Source of the DNA: Snuella sedimenti
Lineage (GTDB): Bacteria > Bacteroidota > Bacteroidia > Flavobacteriales > Flavobacteriaceae
Assembly: GCF_016428595.1 (NCBI RefSeq)
Contig: NZ_JAELVQ010000006.1
Span: forward strand, 149,876-181,875
Length of the DNA stretch: 32,000 nucleotides
Direction: 5' to 3'
The notes under the pieces are model-generated. The model ran no database searches, was not told where the DNA came from, and saw only the letters and a program-made list of their open reading frames with translations. The position numbers were made by a program, and so were the translations under genes. Within the stretch, counting starts at the first letter, position 1, and the number at the start of each line of letters is the position of its first letter. Shown here piece after piece: positions 17,052 to 31,820 of this stretch.

Positions 17052-20000
17052 TTACATGGATAGATTAACACCAAAAATGAAAGATTTTGTCAATGGGTAA
17101 AACCCTCTATCTACCCCTCTTGTAAACGTACCTCCATTACCAAGTCCTGGATCGAATCCTGAGTAATTCGTTATTGTAAACAAGTTATTGGCTGTAATGT
17201 AAACTCTGGCTCTTGAAAGTTTTACTTTAGATGTTACATCTTCTGGTAGTGTATACCCTATTTGGATGTTTTTTAACCTTAAATAAGAACCATCTTCTAA
17301 AAAGTAGCTTGATGGGCGAATATTGTTATTAGGATCTCCAAAAGCATTTCTAGGTATATTACTTCCTGAATTTTCAGGTGTCCAAGCATTTAATAAATCG
17401 GAAGACATGTTGTTTCTATCGGTTCTATATAACCACATCTTCACACCATTATAAATTTTATTCCCTTGAGTGCCTTGAAAAAACAAACTGGCATCAAAGT
17501 TTTTATACTTAGCATTAAATGTTATTCCGTATTCAAAATCTGGCAATCCACTACCCATATATTTTTTATCGTCATCTCCCAAAACACTATCACCGTTCAC
17601 ATCTGCAAATCTTAAATCACCAGGAGCAGCATCGGGTTGGATGCCATGTGCATCGACTTCTGCTTGACTTTGAAAAATACCATCGGCTTGAAATAAATAA
17701 AAACGACCTATTTCGCCTCCAACCTCTGTACGTGTTGTTGGAAAGTTATTAAATTCTATAAAACCATCAGTAAACGACTCGTTAGCCACTCCTAATTTTG
17801 TTACTTTGTTTTTTGAGGTACTTATGTTTGCGGAAACATCAAAAGTAAAATCTTTAGCTGAGTCACTACTATAATTAAGCGACAATCCCCATCCTTTATT
17901 TTCAAGATTACCGCCATTGGTTAACGGGAACGATGTTATTCCAGAACTCGCAGGTATTGGAACAGACACCAACATATCGGTTGTCTTGGACATAAAATAA
18001 TCGAAGGTTGCTTTAATGCGATTATTAAGCAGGGCTAAATCGACTCCTATATTGGTTGTCGCCGTTTCTTCCCATTGTATATCTGGTGTTGGCAATGAAT
18101 TGGCTATGGCTCCAACTAATACGTTTTGACTCACACCTTCTCCAAAGGGATAATTTAACTGTTGTCCCCCAGAACCAATTCGAGCTAAAAACAAATGCTC
18201 CCCTATAAGCTGATTACCTAAAGTACCATAACTAAATCTAGGTTTTAACTGACTTACTAATCCCGAATCAAAAAACGCTTCGTTATGCAAAGCCCAGCCC
18301 AATGATACAGAATAGAACGTTCCATACTTATTATCGGCTCCAAATCGCGAGGAACCATCTCTTCTTACACTTGTTTGAACGTAATACCTATTGTTATAAT
18401 CATAATTTAAACGTCCAAAATAAGACTGTAATGTGTTAGTTGAATTAAACCCAAAAGCAGATTCATCACCTATACCTGCACTTAACGCCAATAACTGATC
18501 TGATGCCAAAGTATTATTCGAACCTCCAACTGATCTAAATTCACTTTTTTCACGAGAAACTCCTAATAAAACATCCAAATCATGACTTCCAAATGCTTTA
18601 CGAAAATTTACGGTATTGTTTAGCGTCCAGTCATTTGTTCGTGTTCTTGTCTCACTTAAAAATGGATCTTCATTTGTTGATTGGGGTCCAAAATTATAAG
18701 TTGGTAAAAAGAATGAAAAATGTGTATTTTCTACATTGGCTCCATATTGAAACTGATAGGTTAACCCATCAACAATCTCTAAGGTAGCCGATAAATTAAA
18801 CTGTAAGTAATCATTTTGATTGGTACGATCGGTTAATTCGCCCACGCCAATTGGATTTTCAGATCCCAGTCCGTCTGCAGGCGTTGCAAACCCGTTAACC
18901 GAATTCGGATCATAAATGGCTTTATGCGGTAATTGTGAATAGATACTTAAAAATGGAGAGAAGCTGGCATTACCTCCTCCTATCGGCTCAAAAATATCAC
19001 GGGTATTTTCTCTAGTATAACCAATACCAGGGGATACTTTTAACTTATCTCCCAACAGTTTGAAATCCATGTTCAAACGCGTGTTAAGCCTATTAAAATC
19101 CGTATTGATTACGGTTCCTGTATTCTCAAAATAACCACTGGAGAAGTTATAAGCCATCTTTTCAGAGCCTCCAGATATACCAATATCATGTTTTTGCTCG
19201 AAAGCATTGTTTAAATAAGCTCCAACCCAATCAGAATCTGCATAATCCATCCCATTCGTTAAATAGGGAGCAGGTGTAACACCAGCATTATTATAGGCTT
19301 CTAATTTTATCTGATCATGCTGGTTCCTATTGGCTACAGAAATATTATTTGTAATCGCATGTGTACTTAAATAAGAGTTTACAGTTACTTTAGGCTCACC
19401 CTTTTTCCCCCGCTTTGTGGTTACAATAACAACACCATTTGAGGCCCTTGACCCATATATTGTTGCTGCCGAGGCATCTTTTAAAATACTGATGTTGGCA
19501 ATATCTGCCGGGTTTACATAAGATAAATCTCCCGGGATACCATCGATTACAAATAATGGATTGTTGTTCCCAATCGTCCCAAGACCTCTAACACGAATTA
19601 CAGGATCACTTCCCGGAGCTCCAGAAGCCACAGATACATTAACTCCAGCAACTTGACCTTGCAAGGATGTAGCAATATCTGCTGTTGGTATTTTTTGAAG
19701 CTCTGATACATCTACCGACGTAATGGCCGCTGTTACTTCTTCTCTTTTTTGAGTACCGTACCCTACTAATACAACTTCGGCTAAACTTTGTGCATCTTCC
19801 TCTAAAACAACATCTATTTTAGTTTGATTACCAACGCGTATTTCTTTAGTTACAAATCCTAAATACCTAAAGACCAAAACAACTTGAGCGTTAGAAACCT
19901 CAATAGAGTAGTTGCCGTCAAAATCTGTTTGAGCACCTTTTGTTTCGTCTCCCTTAATAGTTACTGTCGCCCCTGGTAATGGGTTTCCAAACGTATCGGA

Positions 20001-20414
20001 AACCAAACCGGTAATTACTTGTTGCGTTTGTTCGATAAGCTTAACTGCTTTTTTATTCAAAAGAATAGAACCGTCTTCAGAGAATTTGTATTCAAAATCA
20101 CCAAAAGACAAGCTTTTCCTCAATAAATCGCCTGCATTAATCTTACCTTTTTTTACACGGACTTTGGGCGCATTAATAAATAAATCTGATCTGTAGATAA
20201 AAGGATGGTCTGTTTGCTCCTTTATAAGATCAAAGACTTCTTCTACAGACAGCTCTGCATCGGCTTTAATAACAATTTTTGTGTTTTGGGAAAACCCATT
20301 GTTACCCCCCAGTCCAAAGGTCGCCATACAGCATAAAAAAATAAAAGCTCTCATAACCGTAATTAAAAGTTTTTTTCTATACCCTATAGGTACCTTAATA
20401 AATTTAGTTTTCAT
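17052..20414 (-). CDS. SusC/RagA-type TonB-dependent transporter with N-terminal STN signalling domain (module 2)
   Basis: 1120 aa with the same architecture as 3722-7054. The N-terminal third is very similar to SusC-1. For example, LPGATVTIKGDETKGAQTDFDGNYSIEVS...FRYLGFVTKEIRVGNQT corresponds to LPGATVTVKGDETKGVQVDFDGHYSIAVS...YRFLGFVTKEIEVGNQT. Confidence 0.95.
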   Translation of the reverse strand: MKTKFIKVPIGYRKKLLITVMRAFIFLCCMATFGLGGNNGFSQNTKIVIKADAELSVEEVFDLIKEQTDHPFIYRSDLFINAPKVRVKKGKINAGDLLRKSLSFGDFEYKFSEDGSILLNKKAVKLIEQTQQVITGLVSDTFGNPLPGATVTIKGDETKGAQTDFDGNYSIEVSNAQVVLVFRYLGFVTKEIRVGNQTKIDVVLEEDAQSLAEVVLVGYGTQKREEVTAAITSVDVSELQKIPTADIATSLQGQVAGVNVSVASGAPGSDPVIRVRGLGTIGNNNPLFVIDGIPGDLSYVNPADIANISILKDASAATIYGSRASNGVVIVTTKRGKKGEPKVTVNSYLSTHAITNNISVANRNQHDQIKLEAYNNAGVTPAPYLTNGMDYADSDWVGAYLNNAFEQKHDIGISGGSEKMAYNFSSGYFENTGTVINTDFNRLNTRLNMDFKLLGDKLKVSPGIGYTRENTRDIFEPIGGGNASFSPFLSIYSQLPHKAIYDPNSVNGFATPADGLGSENPIGVGELTDRTNQNDYLQFNLSATLEIVDGLTYQFQYGANVENTHFSFFLPTYNFGPQSTNEDPFLSETRTRTNDWTLNNTVNFRKAFGSHDLDVLLGVSREKSEFRSVGGSNNTLASDQLLALSAGIGDESAFGFNSTNTLQSYFGRLNYDYNNRYYVQTSVRRDGSSRFGADNKYGTFYSVSLGWALHNEAFFDSGLVSQLKPRFSYGTLGNQLIGEHLFLARIGSGGQQLNYPFGEGVSQNVLVGAIANSLPTPDIQWEETATTNIGVDLALLNNRIKATFDYFMSKTTDMLVSVPIPASSGITSFPLTNGGNLENKGWGLSLNYSSDSAKDFTFDVSANISTSKNKVTKLGVANESFTDGFIEFNNFPTTRTEVGGEIGRFYLFQADGIFQSQAEVDAHGIQPDAAPGDLRFADVNGDSVLGDDDKKYMGSGLPDFEYGITFNAKYKNFDASLFFQGTQGNKIYNGVKMWLYRTDRNNMSSDLLNAWTPENSGSNIPRNAFGDPNNNIRPSSYFLEDGSYLRLKNIQIGYTLPEDVTSKVKLSRARVYITANNLFTITNYSGFDPGLGNGGTFTRGVDRGFYPLTKSFIFGVNLSM

Positions 20415-20421
20415 AAATTTG
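20414..20421 (+). promoter_or_regulatory. Exact Bacteroidota -7 promoter consensus (TAnnTTTG) on the plus strand, overlapping the susC-2 start codon
   Basis: TAAATTTG at 20414-20421, with the same sequence and the same position relative to the susC ATG as in module 1. Confidence 0.3.
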
Positions 20422-20453
20422 TTTGTATTAGTTAGAAATAATTAATAATCCTT

Positions 20454-20501
20454 GGGGATGAAGTTCTAAATTGTCCAGATCTAAACTTCATTCCCTTTTT
20501 T
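20454..20501 (+). terminator. Intrinsic-terminator-like hairpin plus T6 run, canonical only for a plus-strand (antisense) transcript, in the fecR-2/susC-2 spacer
   Basis: GGGGATGAAGTT (20454-20465) pairs with AACTTCATTCCC (20484-20495) over 12 bp. Pair 4 is G-U in plus-strand RNA but would be an A-C mismatch in minus-strand RNA. The hairpin is followed by TTTTTT (20496-20501), which overlaps the fecR-2 stop. Confidence 0.5.
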
Positions 20502-21645
20502 ACTTGACTCTGACCGTTTTTCCTTTAGTTTCAAATTTTACTTCATTCGTATTTTCTATAATTTTTAAAATGTTCTCAATATGTTGTTTTTTATTAAATA
20601 CACCATTGAACTTAACCTCTCCAATAGTTTCATTTTCTATCTCAAATTCAATATCATACCAACGAGAAAGCACTAACATAATCTCTTTAAGTGGTTTATC
20701 CTTAAAGCTAAAAAAGCCATCTTTCCAAGAAATTATATCTGACACATTAACTTCTGAAATACTAACTTGATTTGACCCTATACTTAATTTTGCTTGTTGC
20801 CCTGGAGCCAAGTACTTTGAAACCTCATTCGCTTTCAACAGTATTTTCCCCTCAACCAAAGTGGTTGCTATGGCTGTATCTTCTTTATATGCCTTAACAT
20901 TAAACTCCGTTCCCAAAACATCAATGTTTTGTTCGCGTGTGTTAACCATAAAATGGGCATTATTATGTTCAGAACTTGGGGACACATCAAAATAAGCTTC
21001 TCCGTAAACAAGTTCAACTTGCCTTGGTTTGTTTTTTGCAAACACTACTGGGTATCTTAATTGTGAATCTGAATTTAGCCAAACCTTTGTACCATCAGAC
21101 AAGGTTATAAAAAACTGTCCGCCTCTGGGTATTGTCAGCACATTATAGGCAATGGGTTTGTTTTCCTTAGCTCTTTTAGGCGCTGCAGTATAAACTATAC
21201 GCTCACCATTACTGGTTAGGTTTTCACCTTCAAAAGATGCTCCTTTTTCCAACACTATATTAGAACCATCTTCTAAAGTTAGAGTAGCTTTATCGGTACC
21301 TATCTCTATAGAATTTGTTTCAACAACTTTAGGTATAACTACAGTAGGTTCCTCCTTTTTCTCTACAAAAACAAAAATTCCTAGTAACAAAACTGCCGCA
21401 ACTGCCACTGCATATTTCCAATCTCCTTTTGCTTTAGCCTTCGGATTGATTTTAGTGGAAACTTCACTCCAACCCTTTTGAACATCAACCTCATCAGGAG
21501 ACTTTAAATAGTACTCTTGCACCTTATAGAAATACGCTCTATGGGTTTCGTCCTCCGAAAACCAAGCGTTAAAAACCGTTTCCTCCTCTTTAGTAAGAGT
21601 GTTATTTATTTTCTTTAAAATGAGTTTAAACTCCATAGCATCCAT
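20500..21645 (-). CDS. FecR-family anti-sigma factor / transmembrane sensor (module 2)
   Basis: 381 aa with a TM helix (WKYAVAVAAVLLLGIFVFV). FecR domain TIPRGGQFFITLSDGTKVWLNSDSQLRYP...VELVYGEAYFDV. C-terminal PLKEIMLVLSRWYDIEFEI. Confidence 0.93.
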   Translation of the reverse strand: MDAMEFKLILKKINNTLTKEEETVFNAWFSEDETHRAYFYKVQEYYLKSPDEVDVQKGWSEVSTKINPKAKAKGDWKYAVAVAAVLLLGIFVFVEKKEEPTVVIPKVVETNSIEIGTDKATLTLEDGSNIVLEKGASFEGENLTSNGERIVYTAAPKRAKENKPIAYNVLTIPRGGQFFITLSDGTKVWLNSDSQLRYPVVFAKNKPRQVELVYGEAYFDVSPSSEHNNAHFMVNTREQNIDVLGTEFNVKAYKEDTAIATTLVEGKILLKANEVSKYLAPGQQAKLSIGSNQVSISEVNVSDIISWKDGFFSFKDKPLKEIMLVLSRWYDIEFEIENETIGEVKFNGVFNKKQHIENILKIIENTNEVKFETKGKTVRVK

Positions 21646-21765
21646 CCAATTTAATCGGCCATATACTAATACGACAACGAAAAATTAAAATGGGTGACAA
21701 AAAAAATTAAGAAAAATTTAATTTTACACATTTAAAAACGTCGATTCAGCAAAAAACAAGCACTG

Positions 21766-22329
21766 TTATTGATTAGTTAACAACAAAACGATAACAGCTC
21801 CCAAAGAATGTGTAATTTTTACCTTTGCCCTTTTAAGTTGTGTTTTCACTGTATTTACAGAAACGCCTATTTCATCTGCTATTTCAGCATACTTATAGTT
21901 ATCTATAAATCGCAACTTTACAATCTGCTTCATTTTACCAGGCAAGGTTTCTATTATTTTAAGAACCTGATTGTAGATTATCGATTTGTCTTCCGCAGAA
22001 AACACCTCCAGATCGTAGGCTTCATCCAGTATAGTATGCAAAGCCAGCACATTTGTATTATCGGTTATCTTAATCGATTTCAAATGGTTTAAACATCTAT
22101 TCCTAACCATTATAAAAAGATACCCCTTTAAAGAGGATTCTATATTAATAGTCTCTGATTTTTCCCATAGGTAAACAAAAATATCTTGTACAATGTCTTC
22201 GCTACTACCTTTATCAAACAAATACCCCATGGCATAACTTACCATATCTTGGTAGAGCTCATTAAAAAGTTTTTTAAAGACAAAACGATTTTTCTTTTGT
22301 ATTTCCTGTAAAACAGAATTAGAATCCAA
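21766..22329 (-). CDS. ECF (sigma-70 family) RNA polymerase sigma factor (module 2)
   Basis: 187 aa with a TTG start as given by the track; the exact start is uncertain. Region 2 (EDIVQDIFVYLWEK) and a region 4 HTH (YKYAEIADEIGVSVNTVKTQLKRAKVKI) are present. Confidence 0.88.
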   Translation of the reverse strand: MDSNSVLQEIQKKNRFVFKKLFNELYQDMVSYAMGYLFDKGSSEDIVQDIFVYLWEKSETINIESSLKGYLFIMVRNRCLNHLKSIKITDNTNVLALHTILDEAYDLEVFSAEDKSIIYNQVLKIIETLPGKMKQIVKLRFIDNYKYAEIADEIGVSVNTVKTQLKRAKVKITHSLGAVIVLLLTNQ

Positions 22330-22350
22330 AATATATCAAATAATATGCGC

Positions 22351-22358
22351 CAAAGTTA
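22351..22358 (-). promoter_or_regulatory. Candidate -7 promoter box (TAACTTTG) for sigma-2
   Basis: The minus-strand 8-mer TAACTTTG matches TAnnTTTG and lies 22 nt upstream of the proposed TTG start. I saw no clear -33 element. A single-motif match has a high chance expectation in AT-rich DNA. Confidence 0.25.
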
Positions 22359-22528
22359 GCTAAAAGTTAGGGATAATATTAATGATAAAAAATTAGAATT
22401 CCATAATATCGAATAGCTACTTTAAAAAAAAATTGTACATTGCACCCGTCCAAATACGAAGCAACAACGTTTTTCCTTTAGTTGCTACTTCATTTCGTTT
22501 TTAATTAAAAGAAGGTTATTTCTTTAAC

Positions 22529-22557
22529 AAATCTCTATAAATCTGTTATAGAGATTT
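22529..22557. promoter_or_regulatory. Perfect 12-bp inverted repeat with 5-bp spacer immediately upstream of the GH63 operon (operator or 5'-UTR hairpin)
   Basis: AAATCTCTATAA (22529-22540), spacer atctg, then TTATAGAGATTT (22546-22557), with 12/12 complementarity. The repeat ends 14 nt before the GH63 ATG at 22572. Confidence 0.45.
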
Positions 22558-22571
22558 AATATCTTTTGATC

Positions 22572-24601
22572 ATGGACAACAAATGCATACTTGTAATCAC
22601 AATTATTTTAAGCTTGTTTAGCTGTGCTAAATCCAATTCTAATTACCAAAAAACTAAACCTCCTACAAAGCACCTCAAGACATCAAACAATATTTTAAAT
22701 TATAAAATCACGCCTAAACAACCTCAAGATAAATCGGGTTTAATGTTTTCCGATCAAGGTACGTGGTTTGCATATGGTTTAAACAATAGTACACCTAATT
22801 ACGGTGGGTTCTCAGGCCCCTATTTAATGACACAGGACAATGGCACATGGCTAACCCCTTGTTTAACACAGCTCCACCTTGGCAATGGCTCGGACAACAA
22901 AAACCTTATCGATTGGAAAAACGATCTTGTGAGCCAAAACAGCTACGCAAGTCATTTGGAACAAACCTATAAAAACGAAACCATAAAGGTTAAACTCGTG
23001 TTGGTATTTCTATCGGGACATACTGCTTTACAACAATTTACAATTACCAATCTATCGAACACACCTATTACTATTAATTCGCATTTTACAGGACATTTAT
23101 TTGACACCGGTATTACCATCTCCGAAGAAGACAACTACATTAAGTTACAATCAAAAAAAAGCAATGCTATAGGATACACGCAATTTGTAAACGAATTAAA
23201 TGCCCTTTTTGTTAAAGATAGCAGTTCATATCAGGCCAATAACCAAACTTACATTTTAAAACCCAATGAACTCAAAAAAACAGTTGTATCCCATACATTC
23301 ATCTTTCCCGAATACAATTGGGAAAATGAAAAAAAGCGCATCGCAACTATCGATTTCGATTCGGTTTTAAACACCCGTAAAACTGAAAAAAACAGACAAC
23401 TAAAATTATTAATAGACAACAGAAAACCTCAATTTAATGATTCTGCTTACACTCAGGTTTTAGCGAAAGCACATCTCACATTACAAAACAACTGGCGTAT
23501 CCCTGCTGGCGAAATAAAACATGCTGGTCTTTTCCCTAGTTACCATTACAAATGGTTTAACGGTTTCTGGTCCTGGGATAGCTGGAAACACGCTGTTGGA
23601 CTCACGTATTATAATACCAATTTGGCTAAAGACCAAATACGCACTATGTTCGACTTTCAAAGCGACGATGGCTTTATTGTAGATTGTATTTATAGGGATA
23701 CCCTAATTGAAAAACACAACTATAGGGACACCAAGCCCCCGCTTGCTGCTTGGGCAGTAGCAAAGATTTATGAAAAAGATAAGGTCTTGGATTTTGTAAA
23801 AGAATTGTATCCCAAACTTAAAAAATACCATTATTGGTGGTACTCAAAACGGGATCACGACCAAGATGGTTTATGTGAATACGGTTCAACCGATGGCTCT
23901 CTAATTGCTGCCAAATGGGAAAGTGGCATGGACAATGCCATTCGTTTCGATGACTCAAAAATCCTAAGAAATGCCGAAGGCGCTTATTCGCTAAATCAAG
24001 AAAGTGTTGATTTAAACGCCTATTTGTATGCCGAAAAATTATTTCTTGTAACTTTAGCTAAAGCTCTTGGAAACAAAGATGATATACATCAATTTAAGGC
24101 TGAGGCTAAAATCTTAAAACTAAAAATTCAACAGCAATTTTACGACAGTAAAGATGGCTGGTTTTACGACACTAACCTTGAAGGCTCTAAATTTATAAAA
24201 GGTGAAGGGAGTGAAGGCTGGACAGCACTTTGGGCTCATGCCGCTACACAGGAACAGGCAGAAGCCGTAAAGAATAAAATGATGGACCCAACGAAGTTTT
24301 ACACTAAAGTCCCTTTTCAAACCATGAGCGCCGACCACCCGAAGTTCAACCCTTTAAAAGGCTATTGGCGCGGCCCAAATTGGTTGGACCAAGCTTATTT
24401 TGGTGTTAAAGGGCTTCGTAATTATGGCTTTAATGATGATGCCGACAAAGCTACGATTCAAATTTTAAAAGGCGCCAATGGCATTATGAAAAAAGGACCA
24501 TCCATTCGTGAAAATTACCACCCAATAACTGGAGAAGGTTTAAATGCTCAAAACTTTAGCTGGAGCGCCGCACATGTTATTATGTTATTAATGAACGACC
24601 A

Positions 24602-24605
<4 letters not shown>
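22572..24605 (+). CDS. GH63-family (E. coli YgjK-like) alpha-glucosidase, lipoprotein
   Basis: Start taken at ATG 22572 (MDNKCILVITIILSLFSC|AKSN lipobox); 677 aa. An N-terminal beta-rich domain is followed by an (alpha/alpha)6-type region. The latter is colinear with my recollection of YgjK: FNGFWSWDSWKHA, TKPPLAAWAV, YHYWWYSKRDHDQDGLCEYG, WESGMDNA, LNQESVDLNAYLY, YWRGPNWLDQAYFGVKGLRNYGF, IRENYHPITGEG..NFSWSAAH. The motifs holding the two YgjK catalytic carboxylates (GxD and xEN) appear retained. Confidence 0.85.
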
Positions 24606-30788
<6,183 letters not shown>

Positions 30789-30827
30789 ACTTGTCGTTAT
30801 ATGTTATCAGTATTATGTACTTCAAAC

Positions 30828-30863
30828 AAAAAAAAAGAGTTGCTCTGCTATGCAACTCTTTTT
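30828..30863. terminator. Bidirectional rho-independent terminator between convergent GH2 and yegP-like genes
   Basis: AAAAAGAGTTGC (30832-30843) pairs with GCAACTCTTTTT (30852-30863) around an 8-nt loop. The core stem AGAGTTGC is flanked by an A-run on the left and a T-run on the right, so it is canonical in both orientations. Confidence 0.8.
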
Positions 30864-30894
30864 CCATTGATAATAGCAAACTAAATTCAGGAGA

Positions 30895-31233
30895 TTATTT
30901 CTTTATGGTTATGTCTATTATAGTGGCTTCTGGAGCATTTTTTGCTACCGAAGCAATCCCATTTTCCATTGCGCTAACAGAATTATAGAGTTCACTTGTA
31001 CCTATAACCTGCCCATTATAGGCTTTTAAGTTAAAATAAGGATTCCTTCCTTTTGACGTTAACCGTTCAAATCTTCCATCAATTGCAGCATTCAATCGCA
31101 CCGATTCAATTCCTTTTTTACAACTGGCTTTTGAGCTATACCCTTCACTAGCCAAAATAACTTGCCCATTGTTGGCCTTAAGCCTAAATCTAAATGCTTC
31201 TTTTTTATCTGTGTAGATTTCAAATTTTGCCAT
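30895..31233 (-). CDS. YegP-family protein (two tandem DUF1508 repeats)
   Basis: Start taken at ATG 31233 (MAKFEIYTDKK...); 112 aa. Two repeats of the DUF1508 pattern are visible: FRFRLKANNGQVILASEGYSSKASCKKGIESV and YFNLKAYNGQVIGTSELYNSVSAMENGIASV. The track start at 31278 is a TTG extension. Confidence 0.85.
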   Translation of the reverse strand: MAKFEIYTDKKEAFRFRLKANNGQVILASEGYSSKASCKKGIESVRLNAAIDGRFERLTSKGRNPYFNLKAYNGQVIGTSELYNSVSAMENGIASVAKNAPEATIIDITIKK

Positions 31234-31370
31234 GCTACTATAAATTAATTTCTGGATCACTTTATTATTACGACACAACTATTTAAAAAAAGTCACAATA
31301 ACATTAATAAAAGACTCAATAAAAACCATAAAAAGGGAGGGGTCTCGCTACATTAACTTGAGAAATCCTA

Positions 31371-31820
31371 TTAGTAGCTAATGCAAAAATCAAGTGTCCT
31401 CGGAAAAAAACATTGTCTGTCATTACAGGTTTGATAATAGAGCCCTCCATTTAAATAGGAACTATCAGAAGGCATCCGTTTATCACATTTTAAAGTTACG
31501 GTCACCTCCAATATATGACTTAAAGCCTTATGTTCAACTTTATCTAAAACAACAGTGTCGTAATACTTTTTTGTAAACGTTTTTTGGAGGGTACAACCCT
31601 CGGGGACTTCAAAATTAATTTCAGTTGGAATAAGATTATCCTGCGTATTGGACAATGCTTGAATATGGTACCCATCAAGAATTTTAAAAGGAATCATTAT
31701 AGTAATAATGGTATTGTCCCTGTTAATCTTGATACGATCCTCTTCAATACTTACAAACTGCTTCTGTTGAAAATGGAATAGCCCCAAAAAGCAACACAAT
31801 AAAAAGTTATAAAAGCTCAT
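31371..31820 (-). CDS. DsbD N-terminal-domain-like (thiol:disulfide interchange) secreted protein
   Basis: 149 aa with a hydrophobic N-terminus. C-terminal GGLYYQTCNDRQCFFP matches the YQxCxxxxCxxP signature of DsbD-alpha-like domains. Its start overlaps the end of a TlpA-like gene by 14 nt. Confidence 0.65.
   Translation of the reverse strand: MSFYNFLLCCFLGLFHFQQKQFVSIEEDRIKINRDNTIITIMIPFKILDGYHIQALSNTQDNLIPTEINFEVPEGCTLQKTFTKKYYDTVVLDKVEHKALSHILEVTVTLKCDKRMPSDSSYLNGGLYYQTCNDRQCFFPRTLDFCISY

Noticed and set aside
17052-17080. SusC-2 ends in ...GVNLSM rather than the aromatic C-terminal residue typical of outer-membrane barrels (SusC-1 ends ...GVQLAF).
   Set aside because: I cannot judge from memory how often SusC homologues lack a terminal Phe. 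There is no sign of a frameshift or truncation (the stop is clean and susD follows 27 nt later). It is noted only as a curiosity.
22456-22502. Imperfect hairpin (ACGAA-GCAAC ... GTTGC-8-nt bulge-TTCGT) followed by T5 on the plus strand in the sigma-2/GH63 divergent spacer. It is a possible attenuator or orphan terminator.
   Set aside because: The stem is interrupted by a large bulge and has a 15-nt loop, so predicted stability is low. No upstream plus-strand gene needs terminating. The evidence is insufficient.
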